A stretch of DNA of 61,146 nt, the filler included, from Dugesia japonica (lineage: Eukaryota), in assembly GCA_001938525.1 (NCBI GenBank). It is 3 parts of 3 records of this genome, joined end to end, with 100 filler letters (N's around TTAATTAATTAA, not from the genome) between each part and the next. Parts side by side here need not be neighbours in the genome. Positions count along the whole stretch, not along the records: positions 37,729 to 61,146 come from MQRL01516053.1; 2 more parts are not named here. One strand, written 5' to 3'. The translations under genes were made by a program, and so were the position numbers. The notes beneath the pieces were generated by a model. The model ran no database searches, was not told where the DNA came from, and saw only the letters and a list, made by a program, of their open reading frames with translations. Below are positions 53,201 through 61,146 of this stretch, piece after piece (the first letter of the stretch is position 1; every line of letters starts with the position of its first letter).

Positions 53201-56200
53201 GATCTTCGGTTACTTTCCAATTAATAATATTTGTCACCGAATAAAGTTCATTATCATGTGGCGAAGAACACTGATTACTTATTAATATCGACCGAAAGCC
53301 CTCATCAGCAAATAATCGACGATTACCAATTTGAATTGATCTTGCGTCTGTAAATACCTAACAGTTAATATTATATCAAATAATTAACAAATAACCGAAT
53401 TCCTGATTTTTGATACTTTTAGAAGAACAGAATTGAATCAATGATTCAACATATGAATCTAATTTTAGCTGATCTGTGTGAATGACTGTTTGATATCCAT
53501 TGATGATCGCTTCTTCAACTCGACTCGCAAATATTTGAGTTGTACTAGTAAAGAAAATTTATAAATTATAAATCATAGTAAAGAAGTTATTAAATAAGTT
53601 ATAAAGAGCCAGATAAAAAAATATTATATTTTAAATATTTATATTCGTCATTGGCGTTTTTTTTTAAAATACTTTTCTCTCAGAGGAATAATTGATTTGA
53701 AGTCAAGTACAATAATAGAAAATTAAGTAATATAATCATTTAATTTATTTCAAGATTTCTTTTTTCATCTTAGAAGGCATACAAATACGGAATTTATAAA
53801 AATCAAATAATAGTAAATCATATATTTTTCTTTTCTTTATTATTCTACTATTATTGATGAATTACTGATGATTCTTACAGATAAAAGTTCTATTAGATTT
53901 CAGTGAGTAAGTGTCGTCTGAGTCTGGCGGTATTTAATTAGAGATAACCTTACATATTTCCAGTGCATGAAATAGTCCAGCACTTTGATCTTTGTTGTTT
54001 ATGTGTAAAACATGTTAGTCTTTTTAACTTTTCTTATAAATCTCTATTTTATTAATTGTATGGAGCTTTCAACATTAGGTCTTCAAGGGTATTCTCTATT
54101 CAGCTTAACAGTACGCATACCCTGACAGCTGATCATCAATAGTAGAATCTAGTACTGGTATCTTATTCAGTAAATAGGTTTTTCCGGTTTACATTTGTAA
54201 GATCGATTCATGAATTTCTGAGATTTTTTAATTTTTATATATATTACATATATATTATTTTAAAATTTATTGCTGAAACTTTCAAATATTTTTGAAAAAA
54301 ATGAAGATAAATTTTTAACATTATTAAAGATTATTTTATGATAATAAAGTATTTTAAAATCAGGATCGATATTTTATATTATGTAAAATTATAAAATTAT
54401 AAAAAATTGTTTCATGAAATTATGATATATAAAATATTTTAAAAAGGAAAATCGATATTTTTAAAAATTATATTGGATTAAAATTTCTCAGATTATTTCT
54501 TTGAATATTGTGAATTCTTCTTCATCATTTTTCATTTTATAAATAATCGATAAGTAATAATCTATAAAAATTTATGGAGAGTTGTGAGATTTTGAATTTA
54601 ACTAATAACATTAATGTAGATTTGCATATTTCTTGGGACGTATTAATACGTGTTGTTCTATTATAATCATAAGTATTTCTGCGAATAAGTGTTTTATTAC
54701 TGATACGTTCTTTTATTAAATTATTATTAACTTAATAGTCGCTTTATTAAAATATTATAAAATTGATTTTTATTTTTCAACTAAATACTTTTAATGTACA
54801 TTCGATTAAACAAGATCACCATATATGAGTTATTATACCAATCTATTCACTTATGTATTATAAAAAGTAATTATCAACTTAATGGCTAATCCCAAGCTTT
54901 GTTCACTTATTAGTAAGACCTAATTTCAATAAAAATAAATAAGTCACTATAAAAGATCAAAGCCGCTAACTAGTCTTGTGGCTATGGTTGCTGCAAGTAA
55001 TCCATTTCTCATCATCTATTATGATTTTTTTCAAGAATTGCTCATTTTTAGCAACAAATCGCAAATGTCAAAGCGATAAATAAAATCCATTTCTGTGAGA
55101 AAGCATGGAATGAAAATATCGAGCTTTGTGACATAATCAAGCTATTTCAAATGGGCGGGGATTGTCGAATTATACCGATTTAATGTCTTTCCAAAGATTT
55201 TTGATCCAGATTTTCTTTCAACAGACTCATCAGTTTGTTATCATTATCTTTAACTGTCATTCTAGAACACGGTTCATTTTGAAGATCTAAATTTCCCAAA
55301 GAAAACCTAGAGTTTGACATTGGCGTTTGGTTATCGAATCTTCTTCATACACCGCACATAATTTTTTTTTGGCATGTTCAACATTTATATCTCTTCGGTA
55401 ATAAAATGAAAGAACATGTAAAAAATGCAATTTCTTGTCAATCATTTCAAATATTATATCTATAAAATAATTTGATAAATTAAAACAAATTTACTATTAA
55501 ATCAAACTAGATATGTAAGTTATTGTAATAAGTTTTTGATGCTTTAAATTAATACCAAAACATGGGCACAAAAAATGAAGTTACTTTTCGAACAGCATAA
55601 TATTAACTACTAATTCTTTTCATTTTTTAAATTATAAAAAGACTCTTAAACTTAAATGTGATGTATTGATTTTCCATTAAAAATATTTCACTCTAATTTT
55701 CAAAAATTATTCCATTAAATATGATTTTTTTATATTGACTAAAATAATCAATTCAAATAAGAAACAAAATAATTCAAACAAACTGCAAAAAAAATTAATT
55801 AAAATTCTTAAAATCTAACATCTGTTCCATTTCAATAATTTGTAATGAATCTTCTTTATCTAATTCTTTTTTTCTTGAAAAAAGTTGGTTAAAAAGATTC
55901 CAATGATTCGTGTAAAATCTCAATCCATAATTAGATGGATCAGTAATAACTGATAATCTATCCTCATTTCCAGCTAATAAAATTGCCTGTTGTAAATCAA
56001 AATTGGAAATTCCTACATGAAAGGAAAGTTAATTTATTTCAAAATAAAATTAGAAATTTCACACCCTCAAATTCTAAATAATAGTCTTTTCGTTTGTTAA
56101 ATACAAGAGATGCAATCGCTGTAATAAAATTAGGATATTGTTCATCCGTGAGTAACGGGATTTGTAATTGAAATTTCGATCCAGATGTGCTATTCGATTG

Positions 56201-57499
56201 TGTTTCTTGTTTTTCATTTACGTTTTCTATCTCCTCTAAAATAATTGTCCATAAATATGTGATAATTACAAGATATATATTAAAACTTACCTTGACGATT
56301 TGTATTCTGATTTAGAGATGGATATTCAAATAATATCTTAAGACCTAAATAAAATCATTTTCTTATAAATTCCTGGGATAATATTTATAAATATAAAGAT
56401 AATATATGATCATAAAATAGAGCATATTTTTTCAGTCCATTTTAAAATAAGTAAATAAATAAATAAAACAAAATAAAATAAATAAAACTTGAGCATTTTC
56501 TGGTAAAATGATAATAGTTTTTTTGTAAGAGGACTTTAGAGTCAATATTCAAATTATTATTAACTATGAATTTGAAAGGACTTTGAAAATTTAAAAAAAA
56601 ATAGCCCGTCAACTTAGATTTGAGAAGCACTTTTATTACTTGGTATAATTATTAGATGCAGACAAATAATTCAAAGATATTGAGCAAATAGCTATCATTA
56701 ATGTTTCACTTAGTTCTGCACACACAGAGCTTTGTAAATTGTTGTATAGCAGAAATCTTTATTGCACAGTAATCAAAAAAGAGAAGATCGTTAGATATTA
56801 CAATTGAGAACTATTTAACGATAAAATACTGAGGTTTATGCGCATTATTTTTAGAATTTTATAAGGAATGTTCGTTAATTAACAAAGATTCAAGACTTAT
56901 TTTCGAGTATATTCAAAACCTCGCGAATCATAAGTGCATATCACGGATATGGCGGTAAGAGAACCATTTTCAAAAATATTCTTAAAATGATTTCCTTTTA
57001 ATTTTAATAATAGCCAAATCAAGTAAAATCAGATACCTTGAACATCATCAACAACATCAAATGATAGACTGAGTCCCCTTTCTTGTAAGCATCTAGGCCA
57101 ATGAGCAGTTAACAATTCTCGTCTCGATGACATTTCAAATTGGCCTAAATACGTGACAAATCCAGCAGCAATTGCACAACTTCCAATTATATGAGATCGT
57201 CTTTTTTTGTATGATGATTTTAAAATTAATGCATTTTCTTTTTCTTTTTGTAATAATTCAATAAGATTTTTTGATGTAATTAACATTTCAGTAACTTTTG
57301 CACTTTTGATTTCCTAAATTTTACAAATTTATATTAAAATAATTATTGTGAAATTTACAAATGATAATATTACAATAATATTACTATTGATATTAATTAA
57401 AATTTTGACTAAATTTTTAAACTTTTAATAAGTTTTGAATTGAATTTAACTAAAATATCAATATTATTATTAATAATATATCAGTATACCAATATATCA

Positions 57500-57553
<54 letters not shown>

Positions 57554-59540
57554 NNNNNNNNNNNNNNNNNNNNNNNNNNNNNNNNNNNNNNNNNNNNNNN
57601 NNNNNNNNNNNNNNNNNNNNNNNNNNNNNNNNNNNNNNNNNNNNNNNNNNNNNNNNTTTTGAAAAGCGAGTTGAAATTTTTGTGCTTTGATTGGAAATTA
57701 TTTTTGTTAAAAATCTTTTATTTAAAAATTAAAATTAATTAAGAAATTAAAGTAAATTAAATTTTTTATACAAAAATTGTGTAAATTTTTAGAAACTACA
57801 ATTTTGTTTTAAAATTAGGAAAATTTAAAATGATATTTTTGTTTTAAAATTTGGAAAATTAAAAATGATATTTTGAATTTATTAGAAAATAATTTCCAGT
57901 TAAAGTATAAGGTTTTACTTTGTTTAAATAAAAAAAATAATGATGTTATAGTTTTGTTTAAGAATAAATTTTGCTGTGGAATCGAGTTTTGATATTAATT
58001 ATCCTATGAGTATTTCAAACTCATCTAACAATAATAATAATCATAATAATAACAATATAAAGAAAATAATAATATTTATTTAAATTTTAAACTACTAAAA
58101 AAATGATTTACTTGATTATATCGATCTAAGGTGGCTTGTTCAAAATTGTTAGATAGATCTTGTAATCGCGAATTTAAATTTTTACGTTTTTCATCCAGGA
58201 GTTTCATTCGAACTTCAGCGTCTGAAACTTCCTTGGTAGTTTGCTCTAATTTATTATGTAATGGCTTCACTTTGTTTTGCATAATTTTATAATATCTTGC
58301 TACAAAGTGCACCCAACGACAAAGATCACCACAACAAGGCATTTCACTTTTTTCTCTAATTGTGTCTGGTTGCATTGACGGTTTCTTTAGTCGAGGTTCC
58401 AATAAACTCAGAGTTTCGTCAGTTATTTTTCTTTCATCAAAAGTTAAAAGATCCAATGTAAACCTAAATGTATTATTAAATAGATTATGAAACACACAAT
58501 ATTAATTATTATTAAAAAATACCTTTCTAAATTAGCCAGTAATCGTTTACCACCTGTGTTCCATGTCATATCCGAAGATGGCGATTTCACTGAATTCGTA
58601 AAATAATAAAATTCAATCAAAATATAATAATACGAATCATAATTATGGTTTCTATTAATTCTACAACTTCAACTATTGGATTATGATTTGATCGAAGTTC
58701 TGTTAAATTATCAATATCAAGATTTTTAACAACATCCCTAGCTTGATTAAAAGCCGCGATAGCTTTGTATGAAAATCTATCATGAGCCAATTTGTATTCT
58801 GGTACCAACTGTTTAAGTATAAATTTTAAAAAAAACCAATAAATTTCCGAATAATTTCCAACTTTTTTCAGTTGCTTAATTTCATTTATTTGAGTGTGTA
58901 TTGTTTTCATTTGTGATTGTACAATCAATGTATTTTCACCGATCTGATTCAATATCGATGTGGCAGCATCGATTTTGTCCTGTAACACTTGTTTCTCATG
59001 ATTTAATTGGTTGAATAATCGAGTTGCCAGTTGTTCTTGTTCGGTGATAACCGATAAGGTTTCCGTGACTGCTTTCTCCTCACTTTCAATATTATATAGT
59101 TTTCTTTCTATAAAATGACAGAATCTACAAAAATATTTCCAATTTATGATTCTAATCAAAAGTTAATTACTAACTTTGTTGTAAATCGTTCAAATGTAGT
59201 ATTATTAGCACAGTTCATAAGATTTACGCCAGATTTATTAACAGGATTAGAAATATTGAGATAATTTCTAGCCATATCGTATTCTTGAGTAGTAGTGTGA
59301 ATATTATACAATAAATAACAACAGTTTTCCTTTTCATTTTCGGATAAATTATCATTAGTTTCTGGATAATTGTTAATAATATACTGGCAATTGGTGATCA
59401 ATTCTTGTTTAGTCCAAGATCTATTCCATATTAAATTAAGTTTTCCAATCAAATGAGAATTATGCTGCATCCAAGCATGAAAAGATGGCGAATGACAATT
59501 ATTTACAATAATTGCAAATCGGAAATTCTTTATAACGTTT
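37900..59540 (-). CDS. Divergent dynein heavy chain, 3' half (end of AAA4, stalk/MTBD, AAA5, AAA6, C terminus)
   Basis: Exons traced by hand: 59540-59175, 59124-58863, 58808-58634, 58589-58523, 58463-58112, 57313-57037, 56344-56291, 56235-56065, 56012-55820, 53544-53396, 53347-53143, 50849-50586, 50543-50344, 47290-47225, 47197-46786, 46214-46105, 46070-45884, 45835-45493, 44939-44771, 41090-40905, 40845-40565, 40512-40374, 38681-38278, 38008-37900. All junctions are phase-compatible except the last. Motifs: GDLCRWV..Y..KVKPL (MTBD/CC2), GSCAIAAGFVTYLGQF..RRELL..W, VITDP, IQIGNR..FRSIL, KLILLRIFRPDR, RWIRR. The 5' half lies beyond the window. Confidence 0.9.
39180..39450 (+). mobile_element. 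mariner transposase fragment (intronic)
   Basis: VVTRDEKCILF; DFKGIIHYEILKPNQSVN..YCTQFDRL..KRPRLTNRNGVL. Confidence 0.8.
41420..41840 (-). mobile_element. mariner transposase N-terminal fragment (intronic)
   Basis: LEDDE..ELVETDPRIT..KLDKWIHHEF (WVPHEL motif)..FVDKNVTCNRK*ILYVNPRRS. Confidence 0.75.
41990..42990 (+). mobile_element. Decayed mariner of a different subfamily (intronic)
   Basis: ISEILNMSKER..NIISDDET..SK*ES..MMLSIFWD; TIR-like acttattggactattcccg at about 42970-42990. Confidence 0.65.
43484..44696 (-). mobile_element. Full-length decayed mariner, about 1.2 kb (intronic)
   Basis: Inverted ends TTAGGTGTTAA / TTAACACCTAA; RIIIGDEKWCLY, VLWHWQSVIYYEIL, LLQHDNSRPY, HLPYSPNLALSDFHIF. 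Confidence 0.92.
47700..48955 (-). mobile_element. piggyBac transposase remnant (intronic)
   Basis: GEGMCKFKGR..YMPLNPTKVGLKFYLLAESSSGF..HKLYMDNY, GTMRGNR; terminus TTAA-CCCTTTCAG at 48955. Confidence 0.88.
48978..49912 (-). mobile_element. Internally deleted hAT element with 8-bp TSD and dimerisation domain
   Basis: TTTAATGG duplicated at 48970-48977 and 49913-49920; TIRs CAGGGTCGTACT / CAGCGCCGTACT; YPYL..LTIP..ANCERSFLKLKLIENYLRSTMSQEKLSGLAILSIE. Confidence 0.9.
50960..52570 (+). mobile_element. Heavily decayed Ty3/gypsy gag-protease-RT start (intronic)
   Basis: INGKVSNF..INVMS (protease-like) and EPIDRKPYY..NLFKKGIMQKYNS (RT N-terminal PY..LL..GII..S.S pattern). Confidence 0.55.
55030..55602 (-). 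mobile_element. mariner 5' fragment (intronic)
   Basis: TIR-like TATTATGCTGTTCGAAAAGTAA; MIDKKLHFLHVLSFYYRR..KKLCAVY..YVTKLDIFIP..RFDICDLLLK. Confidence 0.78.
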
Positions 59541-60283
59541 CTAAATAATGAAAAATTAACAATACTTTTAATAAAATATGCTATATCTTTTGATCGAATT
59601 ATTCTTTGTAGTTATATTACTGTAAACTATATTATATATTGAGAGGTGCTAATTCTTTGGTATTTCTTTAGAGATTTCGAATTTTAATTTCTTTCACTAA
59701 TCTCTAGATTTTAAGAAACGAATGTTTTCAAATATAGAAGTTATATGATGGAACTTAGCACTTTTTGAACTGAAACAACTGATTATAGAGTCTATAAACA
59801 TTTTTAGTTCATAAAACTTGAAAATTTCTTATGTTTTTACATAATAAAGCACTAATAATATTTTCAAAAATACGTGTTTCAAAATTAATTATAATAGAGA
59901 ATTTCAAAATATTTTAACACGAGACTTCAAAATAATTTACCAATAATTACACATTATATTAATTTTTAAATATTATCAAATATATATTCAAGAAAGTGGC
60001 TAATGTACGCTATAACTAAATTATTTCTTCATTTACTAATTAATTCTTTTCTTTTTAGCCAGAATCTCAAATAAGTCTTATGACAATCTAAATAATCCAG
60101 CATAGAAAAAGGAAATGAGTTTCTAGATCAGCCAATATAAAAAAATAAATACAATAAAGTGAAACTTCTGTACGTCTCAACCATTTTTGAGATTTCAAAA
60201 ACAATCTAGATGTTTTTAGCATAAAGTAAATATATTCTAGCTGCTTTATTTTTTTCGGATAGTAAATTAGAAGCACCGGTTTT

Positions 60284-60314
<31 letters not shown>

Positions 60315-60379
60315 CGTTTTATATGTTTTATAATTATTGATTTAAAATTTTTTTAATTTATTGATAAAAACAGAAACAC

Positions 60380-61146
60380 GCCATTTAAACCAATATTTAT
60401 TAATAGCTAAATGTTTCGACAGTATATCTGTCATCTTTAGGCAAACTGATTTAAACTATAAATAGAGTTTATATATTAAGATTTCACATTATGCACTCAA
60501 TTAACAGCCTCCAAAAAATTGAAATAAAATAAAAATATTCAATAAATATTTAGAAAGACCAGTTCGAACATTAATTTTTTAATCATAAGATCTAATCAAT
60601 GCTTCGCACATAAATCTTTCCTCATAATCTTCAAAAATTTTGCACAAAATTTTGAAATTATTAATATTTATAACTGGTTTACATTGAATATTAGTTCTGC
60701 AATATTACTGCGACTAACTATGTTCCTGAAATCTTTTACATGAATGACGGGAAGTTTCTCCAATGTATGTGGCCCATTATACTCATTTTATAAATAAGAT
60801 TAGAAACCAATACACAAGGAGTCTTAGATTTATTACTGGACGTATTAATAATTTTAAAATTTGAGATTTGCTGAATATTTTAGCAAATCATTTTTAAAAT
60901 CCTTAAAGCCCTCGGAGTAAGGAATATTTAAAACATAACTAATTTTATCGATTTTATTAGATTTATCTGGATCTTTAATAACCTTTTCATCATTTAGATT
61001 ATTATTCATGTAAAGTACAATTTAATCAATCATTTCTCATAAGATACTTTTTCTAAAATTGATTTTGAATATCAATTTTTATTTAATTTTTATTTATCAA
61101 ATTCTGAATACATTTACAAAAACTTCGAATATGAAGAAGAGAGAGT
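60380..61146 (-). mobile_element. Penelope-like retroelement 3' remnant (GIY-YIG endonuclease)
   Basis: LNIPY..SNLIYK..TYIGETSRH..RFQEH..NFKIL..EERFMCEALI, followed by a hammerhead-like motif. Confidence 0.8.
60405..60445 (-). ncRNA. Degenerate minimal hammerhead ribozyme motif
   Basis: CTAAAGA-T-GACAG-ATATA-CTGTC-GAAA: core CUGANGA with one substitution, perfect 5-bp stem II, then GAAA. Located 3' of the GIY-YIG ORF, where Penelope-like elements carry such motifs. Confidence 0.55.

Noticed and set aside
1-61146. Stop-codon reassignment to explain the many interrupted frames
   Set aside because: Dynein and B56 exons are stop-free in the standard code, and the interrupted frames also have frameshifts.

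Overview
Very AT-rich, gappy eukaryotic (metazoan) genomic DNA with GT-AG introns mostly about 35-60 nt long and many (ATT)n microsatellites. The style resembles a planarian-like invertebrate draft assembly, which is inference only. Two identical 100-nt N44-TTAATTAATTAA-N44 linkers (23509, 37629) show the window is three artificially joined pieces. Host genes: the last exon of a PP2A B56 regulatory subunit (+, 5139-5372), the last two exons of a coiled-coil protein (-, 19309-23254), and the 3' half of a highly divergent dynein heavy chain (-, about 24 exons, 37900-59540). Most of the rest is decayed mobile DNA: Chapaev3, hAT x3, piggyBac x2-3, Tc1, mariner x5, pogo, Ty3/gypsy x4-5, Penelope-like elements with degenerate hammerhead motifs, and a Polinton/Maverick-type protein-primed DNA polymerase fragment. 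The two most unusual signals are (i) four decayed acceptor-ORF-stop-AATAAA cassettes next to the polymerase fragment, three of which would get their ATG only by splicing (AG|TG), and (ii) a minisatellite made of tandem E2F/CDE-CHR (DREAM-type) sites inside a strand-skewed, multi-minisatellite element arm. All protein identifications come from motif recognition by eye; no database search was run.
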